Shown here piece after piece: positions 12,102 to 25,351 of a stretch of DNA of 64,000 nucleotides (within the stretch, counting starts at the first letter, position 1; each line of letters opens with the position of its first letter). Where the stretch lies: contig NC_083238.1 in NCBI RefSeq assembly GCF_032191835.1, forward strand, positions 18,228,001 to 18,292,000, written 5' to 3'. Under the pieces are notes generated by a model. The model made no database searches. It was not told the DNA's origin and saw only the letters and a program-made list of their open reading frames with translations. The position numbers and the translations under genes are program-made. Source of the stretch: Heteronotia binoei. Lineage: Eukaryota.

Positions 12102-12862
12102 TTGGATTGGGGCCATGGCAATGATAACAACATCAGGCCTATTGCCATTGTGGCTTGCCCGTCCCCAGCTGGGAGTGAGGGATCCCTGATTTTGCAAGCT
12201 CCAGTCCACCCCCAAACAGCCATCCCTGTGCATTATCAGCAATGCATGGTTTATTTGTTTGTTTTATCAAAAATTTATATCCCACCGTCCTCTAACGGGC
12301 TCAGTAAAACCACGATGATGTCACTTCCAGAAGTGATGTCATTGTGCTAGTGACATTGGGGAATGCTCTACTTTTGGAACAAAACTCTATGGTTTGTAAC
12401 TGTTTTACCATACAATTTTGCCCCATTAGTAGAACCTCACTCCAATGTCACCAATTCAATGATGTCACTTCTGAAAGTGATGTCAGCATGTCACTGACAT
12501 CCCTAGCCATCCCCCAGATTGCCTCCCAAATCCCCCGGCTAGCAGGCAGAAGACACCTGGCAATTCTACTATGGCCTAGGTCTGCTGAGTAGTCTCTATG
12601 GCACTGCAAGTACTACAGCTTGTCCTTGGTTGCAAGTAACCCTCCATGGTAGTATCCCACTGGCAACTTTCCTGGGACATTAAAGGGCCATTCTGCCGTG
12701 CCTGTAATCTCTGGATCTCCATGTGGTTCAGAGCTAGAAAATAATACAACACCTTTTACATGTTAATGGGAAACGAACAAACAAAAAATCCCCTGAAACC
12801 TTGTTTGAAAGTATCATCTTTTAAAGCCTTGCTCACAACAAAGAGTGGGTCATTATTTCAAT

Positions 12863-13073
12863 AGGGACGGGATGGTGGCTCAGTGGTAGAGCATCTGCTT
12901 GGGAAGCAGAAGGTCCCAGGTTCAATCCCTGGCATCTCCAAAAAAGGGTCCAGGCAAATAGGTGTGAAAAACCTCAGCTTGAGACCCTGGAGAGCCGCTG
13001 CCAGTCTGAGAAGACAATACTGACTTTGATGGACCAAAGGTCTGATTCAGTAGAAGGCAGCTTCATATGTTCA
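12863..13073 (+). mobile_element. tRNA-derived SINE (Anolis SINE2/Squam2-like)
   Basis: A box TGGCTCAGTGG, B box GGTTCAATCC, 3' end GGCAGCTTCATATGTTCA. Confidence 0.9.
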
Positions 13074-13679
13074 ATATTCTCGATTGCTAATGTTTGGTTG
13101 CCCACCCCCTTTGTTATTTTCAAAGCAAATTTGCTCTAGGCTGGTACATTTGTCCATGCATTGGGGAATTGTCCAGATAGTGAATATATGGTTTCAAATC
13201 CTCCACTGCTTGAATTTTCAAAATCTGCTGTAACTTTTGGTTGCAAACAAAGGAGATAAAGGACCGTTGTGGGCTATGATAAGAATAAATAAAATAGTAC
13301 AAGGTGGCATTCCCATTGCCGGCATTCATATCTAGTTAAGAAATGTGGTAGTAGCTTACTCTCCCTATGGAGGGTGGAGGGAGAACAAATTTTATTTTCC
13401 CTGGCAACTGCCACTGTTCTTTTCCCCCTGCTCCCTCACCACCCACAGATATTTCCTGTTAATGGATGTCATTGCAATATCTCAAGCTGCATATGGAGAT
13501 AAAACAGAGTTCCTTTCCACAATGCCATTGCTTTTTAAGTTTTAAAGAGACAGCACAAGTGGAACTCAACAACTATTTTGCATCTGTGGTGAGCCATGCA
13601 GTTTTACTGGGCTCTGATGTTTTCCCAATTCACTTACGCACGAAACAAACATCCTCCCGTTCACACACCTTGTAGCCGT

Positions 13680-14277
13680 TAGGGATGGGCACGAACCAAA
13701 AAATGAATAGCGGTTCAAGCATGAACCGAGTCGGTTCATGATTTGCTTCCAACCTATTTGTTTGCACCATGCCCAAACCAGAAAAAGGTTGCCTTTGGTT
13801 TGTTTGGTTCATTTTCCCAGAGACCCTGATGCTGATTCAATCAATTCCTAGGCAATATGGGGATGGACTCCTGGGAGCCCTAGAAACACCCATAGCAGTT
13901 GTCCATAGCCTGACTGGCAGCTCTGGGAGCCAATCAGGCAGCTCCCATTCTGCTCTATGGGAGCAGACACCCTGACTCAGCTGCATGACTTTGCAGGATG
14001 AAGAGAAAAGAGTTAGTTGTCATGAGACATGAAGCTGAGCTTTCCTGGAGCAACTGCTTTGGGGGCTGTAACTGAACGTTCCAAATCCACTCTTCGCTGA
14101 ACTTGGAGGGCAGGTGGAGCAGAGCCTGATGAAAACTCCCAATGAGTTTGGTGTATCTAACTCATGAGGGGGCTGTACTATACCTCCTGAACCAAATTAG
14201 CCAGAAACTGGTTTGGGAAATCAAATGAACCATGAACCAACATGAATCACCATTTTTCTGGTTCGTGCCCATGCCTT
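13680..14277. mobile_element. hAT-type MITE
   Basis: TIR TAGGGATGGGCACGAACC / GGTTCGTGCCCATGCCTT; 8-bp TSD GTAGCCGT/GTAGCCAC. Confidence 0.75.
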
Positions 14278-14332
14278 GTAGCCACTTAAGTCGCATCACA
14301 TGTGGCATCTTCTTTTCTTCAGTAAAGGCAAA

Positions 14333-14480
14333 GGGCGTTTTCGCACTGACCTTACTCGGGAGCGACGTCCCTCTTCACCGTGCAGCGTCTGCGCGGATTT
14401 CACACGAATTGCTCCGCAGAACCCGGAAGAGCCACAAAGTCCCGCAGCTTTTGCGTTGCAAATGTAAACTGGCTTTTGGC
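14333..14480. mobile_element. Left half of the Harbinger-type MITE seen complete at 47043-47328
   Basis: High identity to the left arm of the 47 kb copy, ending at the central loop. Confidence 0.8.
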
Positions 14481-16006
14481 TTTTAATGCTGGTAAAGGCT
14501 TTTAATGCTGGTAATGCTTTTAATGCTGATTCACCAAGCTCCAGAAGGAGTCTGGGAAGAACTCCTTACAGTGGGGATGGTTGGTTTATGTCATCTGGAA
14601 ATCTCCTTGGTCATCATGCCTTGGTCGTCAGTCTCAAATACCGTATATCAAAGATAATGCTTTGGCATTGTCCTTTGTGCTGCGAAAAATAGTTATTTGA
14701 TAATTCAGCAGTGCTTTCTTTTCTCTCTTGACTTTTTATGGTCAACTCTTAGCCGGTTCTGTTTGGACACGTTTGTACTTGTTCCAAAGATCTATGGTTC
14801 AGACAAATCAAAAGTCTTTTACTTTTCCTGTAGTATAGATTTCACTTCTGCCATTCATTAAAAAAAAAACACATCTGCATAAATAGATTCCTCATTTGAA
14901 AACACTGGTTTTGGCCCTCTATGTGTAAAAATGTAGTCACAAACACATACTTTATGCCTTTGTTATTTATAGTTAGTAAATAAATAAAATAGTCTATCTT
15001 TCTGAGACTCAGGGCAGGTTACAAAATTAGGAATCAATACAAGAAAAGCTGGATTAGAAACCTATAAAACAATGCAGTGAAACCAAGATGATATTTTGTC
15101 TCATGTACTCAATCCTGTTGCCTCAAATTTTGTATTAGGAATGTAAAGCATTCAAATTTGGGCTCAGTATTATTCCTGGAGAAGCAAGTTAATGCAGCTG
15201 CAAAAAAAAAAAAATCTTCCAAAAGGTAGCTTCATTTGGCTGATCTGGCCATGTGGATCCATACCACTCCAGGGAACTGGAGTTACGGCAGTGCATGTCC
15301 AGGACTCATAGCCCACGGCAACACATCATGTGGGCTGCACTGAGACATCTGTTGATCAGCAGGAGAAGACGGAGCTGAGTAACAGGTGCTGAAGGCGGGA
15401 AGATGAGAAGAAGGTGGTGGTGACCAGAGGCAAAGGGAAGAAGCCAATCAATCAGCAGCAGTGGAGGAAGAAGCTGAAGGCAGTAGTGAGGGATGGGGTT
15501 ATCCTTCCCCCATGATTCCTTGCAAGTTCCTGTCTGTATATACTTAAAATGGTAATGCTTTGAATCAACCCACCAACACACATAAAGGCTGTCTGATGAA
15601 AAGAAGGAGCTCTGCTCTTCTGCCAGCCAGTGTAGGCTGCAGTGGCTAGCAATCTGTCCCCTTGCCCGCCTCATACAAAAGACATAGGCCTGGATATTGA
15701 AGTGATACCCCCCCACACACACACCAAAAAAAAAAAACCCTAGAAGTTGGCTGATTGTCTGCTCAGAGAAAAGCAGGTACCACTGCCAAAAATGGATGGA
15801 AAGCAGAGCAAAATAGATATATAGCAGAAAAACTTGCAATAGATCCTCAGCTGCTACTCTTCCCTGAGTGGACAGACCAGGATTTCCCCTTCCCCCTTGA
15901 TTTCTAAGTCAGCCCCTATTTTAAATGTGTCCAGAGAAAGTTCACTGTCCTTGAGACCCAGTGAAATCAGTGGCAGATAAATGCTTAAATAAATTCACTT
16001 TAATTT

Positions 16007-16348
16007 GGGGAGGGACGGTGGCTCAGTGGTAGAGCATCTGCTTGGTAAGCAGAAGGTCCCAGGTTCAATCCCTGATATCTCCAAAAAGGGTCCAGGCAAG
16101 TAGGCGTGAAAATCCTCAGCTTGAGACCCTGGAGAGCCATGAATGGGGCTGTGGCTCAGTGGTAGAGCATCTGCTTGGGAAGCAGAAGGTCCCAGGTTCA
16201 ATCCCTGGCATCTCCAAAAAGGGTCCAGGCAAGTAGGCGTGAAAATCCTCAGCTTGAGACCCTGGAGAGCCGCTGCCAGTCTGAGTAGACAATACTGACT
16301 TTGATGGACCAAGGGTCTGATTCAGTAGAAGGCAGCTTCATATGTTCA
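16007..16348 (+). mobile_element. Head-to-tail dimer of the tRNA-derived SINE (3'-truncated unit plus full unit)
   Basis: Two A/B-box heads at ~16015 and ~16148. Confidence 0.9.
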
Positions 16349-17282
16349 CTCTAGTGGGATTTACTCAAGTATGAAGTGAATCACTTTGGCCATGATCTAA
16401 TCTAGTAAAGCACTTACAAATCCCACTGATTTGAGAATGAGAGAAGCAAGGAGATAAATTTCTTCCATTTAAATCAAAGATATTTAAAGATGTTTACCTG
16501 TGGCTGGATTATGTTGATTGATTTAGTGATGCTACTGCGTTCCTGGTTAATGCCCCAGAAGCTATCATTTAGCTTGGCTCCAGCACACTGTATTAAATCA
16601 GATTCCTTTTGGTTTTAATGGTTGAATGACAAATCTGCATACGTTGGTTTTACATTTTTGTAATCAAGAAATAAATAGTGTACGTTCGCTGTGGCTCGCT
16701 CTTAAATGGGGGAACATCTAATGTGGCCCCTTAGGACAGAGATTCACTCTTCAGACTTCATTCTGCAATTATGGTTGGAATAGTTAGCTCTGATGAAACA
16801 GTAAGCAGCCCAGAGGAGAAACGTTTTTCCATAACTGAGTGGTATCGAGAGCTGATTGCTTTTCAGCTTAAAATACCGGAAGCTGTTTTTGCCACAATCT
16901 TGCACAATAGAAGTTCTAAATCTTTCCCGGCAATCATCAAGTATTCTAACAATGACTAATTAATTAATAAATGAGCTTATTCCTAACAAACGATTCCTAC
17001 GGATTGCTACTCATATTTGGAATTGTTTTATGATGACTATAAATTATAGTGTTTAATCTGCCTCGATGATCTATGATTTTCAAGTAGGCAGAGCAGTCAG
17101 GAAAAAAAAAATACCCAAGAAGAAGTCTCCATTTTAACATTCAGTGTTGCTTTTACATATGTTGTAGAGATGAAATATTCTATGACATTTGAAGGACAGA
17201 CAGGGTTTTGATTGTATGTAGCACCAGCCCAAGGCTGTACCCTGCTTTTTTTTTTGCCCCCTCTGTAGATTGAGACCTCCAA

Positions 17283-17501
17283 TGAACATATGAACATATG
17301 AAGCTGCCTTATACTGAATCAGACCCTTGGTCCATCAAAGTCAGTATTGTCTTCTCAGACTGGCAGCGGCTCTCCAGGGTCTCAAGCTGAGGTTTTTCAC
17401 ACCTATTTGCCTGGACCCTTTTTTTGGAGATGCCAGGGATTGAACCTGGGACCTTCTGCTTCCCAAGCAGATGCTCTACCACTGAGCCACCGTCCCTCTC
17501 C
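17283..17501 (-). mobile_element. tRNA-derived SINE (Anolis SINE2/Squam2-like)
   Basis: Reverse complement of 12863-13073; GAACATAT tail repeats. Confidence 0.9.
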
Positions 17502-17879
17502 AAAACACAGATACTGGAGGCCTGCAAAACTCATAGGGATAAAAAGCCATGTGACTTAGGGGACTGCAGTGAAGACAGCTTCTGTGCCAGTGTCTTAGGT
17601 CAGTGGAAGTGTGGCTGATGGACGATTAAACTGGCCCCAAATAATAACTGAACACTGCAACCTGGCTGGGGCCATATCTGTGCTCTTTTCTAAGGCTTTT
17701 TGCCAACATCAGCAATTGGGTCACCTCAGGTTGCTGGAAAGGGCAATGGGGCTAGTTACCCACAGGAGCAAAGCCAATGTTTATTTGCCAAGCATAAAAC
17801 TGCTTCAGAGAGCTGTAAATGAAATCAGGCACTGGTGTCCATAGTCAATCAACCACTGACTCAGGGCATCTTTTCTAGG

Positions 17880-17990
17880 TCACTCCTGCTTTAAAAAAAA
17901 ATCCCTACAGAAAGGTGATGTGGTCAATCATTGCCCTGTCTCCAAACTGCCCTTTCTGGGAAAAGTGCTTGAGAGAGCAGTGGCAGATCT
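17880..17990 (+). mobile_element. L2-clade RT fragment
   Basis: NHCPVSKLPFLGKVLERAVA matches the N(Y)RPVSNLPFLGKV(L/I)ER motif. Confidence 0.6.
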
Positions 17991-17999
17991 TCTGGGAGG

Positions 18000-18660
18000 T
18001 CTGATCAGACGATCGAATGTCTTAATATCGGTTCCACATCTGCTCAGAAGACACACGGCACTAGCAGTAAGAGAAACAGCTCACTCCCGCCATCTTTTTC
18101 TGCTCACCAAAGCACACTGGTTAGAAAGGCGGGAATGATGAAGCCTCTTCCATCACCACACATGCTCAGAAGTCCATCCCACCCGATACTATTTTGAAAG
18201 TGAGCATGGTCACACATTAAACATGAGTTGAGTTGAGGTTTCCCTGACCCAACTTGTGTTTAATGTCCTGTCTGGACTTGTTCTGCTCCTTATCTATATG
18301 AGCATCTGCCATCTCATTTAAACCATTAGGGTGCAGGGTTTTAAATTTCAAAATCCAGTCAGCTTTTTTCCTACAACAGAATTCTTTCGACTTGTCTATC
18401 AGATTTAAATATAACCCCAAACAAGAAATTTGTGGGTTTGTGCTAAGAAAGTTCTACCAGGGGATCACCAATTCGGTTATGAGATAAGTTGTTTTTGTGT
18501 CCAGAGTATCCAGAGGTTCAGGTAGTCGGGTCCAGGTTGACTCAGCCTTCCATCCTTCTGAGGTTGGTAAAATGAGTCCCCAGCTTGTACTTGTCTTACC
18601 AATATACATTTTTCCACATTCACATGAAATTGCATGTGCGCAAAGGAGGGCAAAGGAGAA
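18000..18660 (-). mobile_element. Penelope-like element remnant (GIY-YIG endonuclease) interrupted by a Sauria-SINE fragment (~18500-18590)
   Basis: AISCECGKMYIGKTS and WILKFKTLHPNGLNE motifs; SINE core GACTCAGCCTTCCATCCTTCTGAGG. Confidence 0.7.
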
Positions 18661-18837
18661 AGGTGGCCGGGGGAAGGCAAAGGTGGAAGGAGTGGCTAGG
18701 AGGACTCTGTTCAAGAACCCACAGAAAATATAAATAAATTACAAATAAAGTAAATCAGAATACCTAAGAGAAGATTTAAATATATTCAATGGAGTATCTT
18801 TATGTAAGGATCACCATCCAGATCTCTGTATATCCCA

Positions 18838-19122
18838 GAGAAGAAGAAGAAGAAGATATTGGATTTATATCCCGCCCTCCACTCTGAAGAGTCTCAGAGC
18901 GGCTCACAATCTCCTTTACCTTCCTCCCTCACAACAGACACCCTGTGAGGTGGGTGGGGCTGAGAGGGCTCTCACAGCAGCTGCCCTTTCAAGGACACCT
19001 CCTGCAATAGCTATGGCTGACCCAAGGCCATGCTAGCAGGTGCAAGTGGAGGAGTGGGGAATCAAACCCGCTTCTCCCAGATAAGAGTCCACACACTTAA
19101 CCACTACACCAAACTGGCTCTC
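18838..19122 (-). mobile_element. Squam3-like SINE, full length
   Basis: (GAA)n tail through head CCAAACTGGCTCTC. Confidence 0.9.
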
Positions 19123-19321
19123 CTGTTTGAGAAACTAGTTTGGGATTGATTTTTTTTTTTTTACAATCTTCCAGTAGCCCTATCCAGTAAATTGCCTTCA
19201 GAAAATCACTTATGTAGGGAAGCATTTTCATTTTAATAGGGAAAATGTTTGGTTTAGCATGTCATTCTCAAGCCACAATGAAATTAAGATACTATAAGAC
19301 CTGTTGGTGCTTCATATATAT

Positions 19322-19455
19322 CAGGGGTGGCCGGTAGTTCTCCAGATGTTTTTTGCCTACAACTCCCATCAGCCCCAGCCATTGGCCATGCTGGCTGGGG
19401 CTGATGGGAGTTGTAGGCAAAAAAGCATCTGGAGAGCTACCGTTGGCCACCCCTG
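19322..19455. mobile_element. 134-bp palindromic hAT-type MITE
   Basis: TIR CAGGGGTGGCC; TSD ATATATAT/ACATATAT. Confidence 0.85.
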
Positions 19456-20200
19456 ACATATATCAAAGAAGAGGAATAGTTATTTAGTGATGGTGACATT
19501 ATGGTCATACATTCTTGGTAAAGACCAAGGTAAGGCAATATTGACTGTGCACAAGTCTTTATGCCTGGGAAAACTGTCCCCATTTTTTCTCCAGAATGAA
19601 AATCCCTCAGGATATAAGATTGTTTTCTGGGCAAAGGAGCATGAAGATACAGCCCAGTGGGAAACCTTTACATTTTTTGAAAGTCAATAGAGTTCTTGTT
19701 GCCCACTCTTATTATAAGCACTAGATTCTGGCTTGGGTCTCCAACAGAAATGTGAAGCAGATCAGGTACATGTAGCCAGAAATGTTCATATCAAAACATG
19801 AGCTCGACCCACACTCATATATTTCACAAGCACGCTGAATCAGAACAGAATTATATCTGACATTTAGAGGGGGTTGGAAACCTAATTGGATAGTTGTTCT
19901 GGCATCCCATTATCTGTTATGATTTTTCTAGATAGTGGAAAGTGCAGTGAAGGGAATTCAGCCCCTTGCCTGCAGCCGGACGAAGTCTGCAGCAGGAGGG
20001 CTGCCTTTGCCAAGACGGAAGGAGAAAGAGCAGAGGAGCTGGGCTGCTAGCTGGGTTTCCTGTCTGGGGAGGAGCCAGCCCTGGTCAGCTGACTTCCTCC
20101 TTTTCATTCAGTCCTGAGGAACAATGCAGCCCCATAATAGATGGATTCTTTTGCTTGCACACACTGGCAGGCAGGATTGCAAAAAGAGGCGAAAGAGCCA

Positions 20201-20201
<1 letters not shown>

Positions 20202-20286
<85 letters not shown>
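20202..20286. repeat. (GAAA)n microsatellite
   Basis: Direct reading. Confidence 0.98.
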
Positions 20287-20288
<2 letters not shown>

Positions 20289-21609
20289 CCAGACTTGCCA
20301 TATCCAGATGACAGGCAGACTACATGTCATACGCATGATTTAAAAAGCCACAGACAAGCAGCATTTCTATGGTTTCAGAGTGACCTATGACAACATATGG
20401 TGATTTTACCTGTAGCCAAAATGCAGATGTGATGGTGAATCCTTTTATAAGACCATTGATAAAAATGTACTAGCAGTTAGATTTGGGCTGTAAGTTCATG
20501 GCTACCAAGCAAGGGATACTGGAAGCTGTAGTTTTGTAAAGTAACTGAGGATCCTAAGAAAGTTTTTTTTTTTTTGCACATGCACAAAGATAAGAATTTT
20601 CAAGATGGGGGCGAAGCCTGTCTAGGCAAAAATGGGGTCTATAGATGTTAATAAATCTATTGCAATGGGTGGTGACCATTCAGTTACCCAAACACAAATA
20701 TAATTGCCTCCAAAAATATCTTTACCATTTGAGATTTTTAAATACCCCTGGAGCAGCACAACAACCTGTTGCCTATTGGAAAGAAATTATCTTCCTTCCA
20801 CAGACCTAGGCAGTAGCTATGTAGAGTGCTCTATGCCGGGTTATGTCGTTGAAAGTGAAATTAAATTATATTTATCTTTGCCTCGCCAAACATTACAAGA
20901 GAAAAATCAATTTCTCTGGAGCCACTTGTCATTAGATGTTCCCATTTTAGCAACATGGAAAAATCTGTGTCACAGATCAAGTTAGATTTTTGTGGCTGTT
21001 TGTTCCGGCTGAAGATTTCTTGTAACTTTCACAGGAAAAAGCAACCATAATATTTCACGTGGCTCTGAAGGCGGTTAATCTGTTTTAAAAACACACACAC
21101 AAAGTTTTATTTTCCAGAAATGTAAGTATAAAAAGGTTCTTTGGGGGGGGGGGCATGGGACCCACATGGACAAAAAACTTGTGGGAAGGGGGCTGTAATA
21201 AGAAAGAGAATTGAGCAAGCTTGAATGAGAAAGTTGACAGGATCCAATCCATATTTTTAAGAAAGACAAATAGTATCACGAAGATGTCTACACAACTTTG
21301 AGTGCTACGGGTTGCAGGAATGCACTGATAGATTGAATGTTAGGACTGATTGTGCATCACAAGAGCCCTAAAGCAATACTTCTCACAGTGTGAAAATTAC
21401 TGTTCATCTTATGATTGGGTTGGGCTCAGGCGGAAGGGCTGTTGTACAAATCAGCAGCATCTCTTTTCCCCCCAGTGGGGAACCAAAGCAGCTTATATCA
21501 CTTATTATTAAAAGTAATTTGTTGATTTGAAATAAGATGCTTGTTACTGGTGTTTCAGCAGGATGTTTTGTTTTGTTTTGTTGCACTATTAGTTCACAGT
21601 TGCATAAAG

Positions 21610-21890
21610 GATTTCCCTGTATATTGATTTACAATGACAAAATCTGGTACAATAGCCATCATCTTATATCAAAGACACTAACGACTTCGTATTGGAAACG
21701 GAAGCATTCAATAAAGAGTCAGTTCAAAAGTATACTATACACTCAACTTTTGATCTTTCTTATCGGCAAGGATATCATTCCAGCTACGATAAATTTCAAA
21801 AAAGCAGTGTTGCCAAATAATTTTCTACAGACCATCTCAATACACTACTCCTTAACTTTGCTTTTAACTAAAAACACTGCCTGAAAATAT
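21610..21890 (+). mobile_element. Old Penelope-like reverse transcriptase remnant
   Basis: SYIKDTNDF motif at ~21662, typical of PLE RT; degenerate downstream. Confidence 0.5.
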
Positions 21891-22859
21891 AAATTGTGGG
21901 TGCATGACTCTATGTCATTTATGGACAAACTGGAACATTATCCTTAAAGATTCCCTATTCCTAGACCTTGCTCTAGTTAACTGGATCCTATCCTTGTTTA
22001 CTGAATGTGTGACTGAATATAATGGAGCTTTCTTACATGCACGTATGCACAGGAGGACTGCAGTCTTAGATACCCTCTCACACTTCTCCCTGATTGCTCT
22101 ATTCCTAAATCCATCCTGCATCCATCCTTTTCCATTCACCAGCACTAGATGCCCACCAAGACCCTCTGCAATTATCTTCACCCATAGCTAGGAGTTGCCA
22201 ACGTTTTTCTTACTACCTTCTACTCCTGTGCCTCTCACAGCACTTTGAAATGCAGGAACAAGCCAGTAATAAGTATTTGCTCTGTTTTGTGAAAAGTTCC
22301 CTTGCTGATTTCTATAGCTCAGGCTGCCATCAAACTGACCTCTTTCTTGGTCAGTTGGCGACCTTATCTGGAACTCCCACTGCTTTCGGGACGCTGCTGT
22401 TTTTTTCCCTATAATGCTCATTCCGAACAACTGCGTGGAAACTTTTTTGCCTCTCCAGCATCACAATGTGAGTGTGAACAGCCTTGCCCCCTCCGTCATA
22501 TCTTTGAGGCATCAGGCAGGGGTGTTAACTGTTGCATGCATGTATGTACATGTAATCTGTTCTACCTTCATTCATTTTAGCATTTGCCTCCCTTCCAATT
22601 TACTTCCGTCAAGGAGAACAACTAAATGCAAGACAAGGTGTGGGAGGGTTTGAGCTTGACTCCCAGCCCCTTCACCTGCATACCCAATTGTTGTAAACAA
22701 AAATGACCATCCCTATCTCTGCTTTGCATGTGAACAAGTGCACTTGTGCATAATTGTTTCCCCCCAGAGATGCTTTCATGCAAAGAGAGAGAGATCTCAT
22801 CCCTCTCTAACCTTGTTCATCCTCACCCCTCTCTGTTTTTCTCCACTTTTATTTCGGAA

Positions 22860-22935
22860 TTATGGAAGCATTGTGCAGGGGATTGGACTAGATGACCCTT
22901 GGGGTACCTTCCAGCTCTACGTTTCATGGTTTCTG
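22860..22935 (+). mobile_element. CR1 3' end fragment
   Basis: GGATTGGACTAGATGACC..CCTTCCAGCTCTA motif. Confidence 0.7.
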
Positions 22936-23394
22936 ACCCCTACTCTGCAAATGAAGCAGGTTACCTTTTGCTACTTTGCAGAAAATACAAGCTGTTCTTT
23001 CACTTCTTTTTTCCAAAAAAAGTGCCAGGCAAGATTTTTGGGGGAAAGGCAAAATTAAATTAGGCTTCTCTCTCATAAAATCTGCTTCTTTATAATATTA
23101 TTTTTGTTAAACCAATATTTATGGGGAATACACTTCAAAAGATGCAAGTCTCCTCACTTTCTGCAAGTTGCTTTGTCATCATCAATGATGATGCAGGAGT
23201 GCTGCGGGGGGGGGGGGGGTCTTCTTATTCTCTTCAATGGCTGCTCTTGGGTATTACTTTAAAATCCTATGTGGAGTCTTGTACTCTGGCAAGCTAAAAG
23301 TCACGCTTGCATATCTGCACTGCAGATATCACCTGCTCCTTCTGCAGTTGTTTTTGTGCAGATCTCAAAGATACAGGACAGTTCTACAACCTGT

Positions 23395-23515
23395 GCCTGT
23401 CGGTGAGCATGCATACGGAAGCTCATACCAGAATTAAACTTTGTTGGTCTTAAGGGTACCACTGGACTCAAACTTTGTTCTATCGCTTCAGTCCAACCCG
23501 GGTACCAACCTGAAT
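23395..23515 (+). mobile_element. Penelope-like pLTR fragment with degenerate hammerhead region
   Basis: GCATGCATACGGAAGCTCATACC..TTGGTCTTAAGGGT..; homologous to 58170-58305. Confidence 0.55.
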
Positions 23516-23554
23516 GTATCTGTACTTGTGTGTGTATAACACAGTTCTACAGTG

Positions 23555-23640
23555 TGTGTATAACACAGCCGCCCTGAGCCACTTGTGGGAAGGGCGGGAT
23601 ATAAATCCCAAATAAAATAAATAAATAAATAAATAAATAC
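23555..23640 (+). mobile_element. Short L2 3' tail with (AAAT)n
   Basis: GCCGCCCTGAGCCACTTGTGGGAAGGGCGGGATATAAAT; 5'-junction duplication GTGTGTATAACACAG. Confidence 0.7.
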
Positions 23641-23661
23641 ATCATAGCCTGGTAGCATCTT

Positions 23662-24263
23662 CAGGGGTGTCAAACATGTGGCCCAGGGGCCAAATCAGGC
23701 CCTCGGAGGGCTCCTATCCAGCCCCCGAGCAACTGGCTGTCATCTGCTTTCTTCTCCCTCTCTCTTGCTTTTTTCTGCATCACAGCTTGCTTTGCCAGGC
23801 TTGCTTAATTGCATAGGAGCTACAGAGCAAACCCTCTATTTTTTCTCTCCATTGACTGAGGCGCCTTCCATTGGGGAAGAAGGGGGGAGAGGAATAGCTT
23901 TCTTTGCCAGGCTCTTTCAATTGTACAGCAGAGCTACTGAGCCAAGCCTCTCTTCCTTCTATTGGCTGAGGCTCCTTCCCCCTCTTGGTCCCCAGGGGAA
24001 GAAGGAAAGAGCAACAGCTTCCTTTGCCCAGTTCTCTGGATCACACAGGAGAGATACGATGAAAACACCTTTAAGACCAATGAGTGCTAATGTTTTAAGC
24101 CCCTTTTATTTATTTTTTATTTTTAAAAAAATCTTTAATTGTGTTTGTGGACTTTATAAAGTTTATGTCCCTGCTACCTGGCACTACATTTTATGATACG
24201 CGCGTCCCTGCCCGACATAAATGTCAGATCTGGCCCTCATAATAAATGCATTTGACACCCCTG
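23662..24263. mobile_element. hAT-type MITE (CAGGGGTGTCAAAC family)
   Basis: TIRs; homologous to 4499-5087. Confidence 0.85.
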
Positions 24264-25351
24264 ACATAGAAGGTAAGAAATGTGGCCTCAGGTAAGCATG
24301 CTTCTAGAAGGAGTTGCATAAGTGAGGTGCAGCCACAGAAAAGGTCCAAACATCTTTGATTCTCTAGAATCCTTCCTCCAGTGCTGTGTTTATGTATTTT
24401 CCTTTTCTTCTGTGAAAAATGGCCCTGTGCCTCTTAATCTCTCTGATTCATGCCTTTTCTTCTCTCTGTTAGTTATTGTGAAATGTCCTCTTGCCTTTGT
24501 TCAACTCTGTTTTTTTTGCTTCAGTATATGAGATCAGAACTTGGTAGTCTTCATTCATCTTTAGCTCAAACCTATTTGCCTTTGCCATCATTTCTGCACA
24601 TGTACTTTTCCAGAAGACCGTATAAACAAAAATACGAATGGGTCTGCAAAGCATTCACAGTCATTTCTTTATTGCTGTCAAAAACTCCCCAGCGGCTTGC
24701 GTCATTCAAAATGACCATTTCGCTTTCTTCTAAGTCTTCCCTGGGGGATTTACAACCACATAAAAATACCGTGATTGAAATCCTCTGATGGCCATCGCGT
24801 GAGATATTGGATATCCTGCTGAAGTTGCCACAGGGGTCACTTTATGTATGACTCTGTGTTACTGCATTTTTCAACCACTGCTACGAACACAAATAGACAA
24901 TAAAACAGTATGAGTAACAGAATGGCAGATCAGCCCATTGGAGTCTGTTTTTTTTTTTAAAAAAAAAATACAGAATGATGTGAAAACAGAAAACATCCAA
25001 GAAAAACGTTGCGAAGTGAATTTTGAACCGCAACATTACAGAGTGATCTTCAGGCATTTCTGGTATATTGGGCTCTAGTGGGGGAAAGAAATCACTACTG
25101 CACAAAACTCTCACAATTCCTCCTCTGATGTCCCACTGATGGGACAGTCTGCAAGTGCCAGATCTAAGCCAGTTTATCTCCTTTGTGATTCCTTCTGCCT
25201 CTAAAATATGCGTTGGCATAAGGGTGGCTGTGCTGTAGGGATCATGTTACAAATAAATTGTGGAACAGCCTTTCACAAAGCCCACTTAATCAGTCACTTC
25301 CCAAGCACGTGTAACACTCATTGCTCTCTGTCAGAGAATGGTATCTCACTG

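Noticed and set aside
12863-13073. tRNA genes at SINE heads (also 16.0, 17.4, 28.3 and 38.2 kb)
   Set aside because: A/B boxes continue into a shared SINE body and LINE-like tail with no complete cloverleaf; multiple dispersed copies.
13560-13610. Exon FKETAQVELNNYFASV with GTGAGC donor
   Set aside because: Resembles the CR1 ORF2 motif KAE(L/V)LNxFFASV; more likely a LINE scrap.
19966-20390. KERK-repeat ORFs
   Set aside because: Translation of the (GAAA)n microsatellite.
24563-24829. 89-codon minus-strand open frame
   Set aside because: No convincing acceptor or donor and no recognisable domain; this length is within chance expectation for 64 kb x 6 frames.
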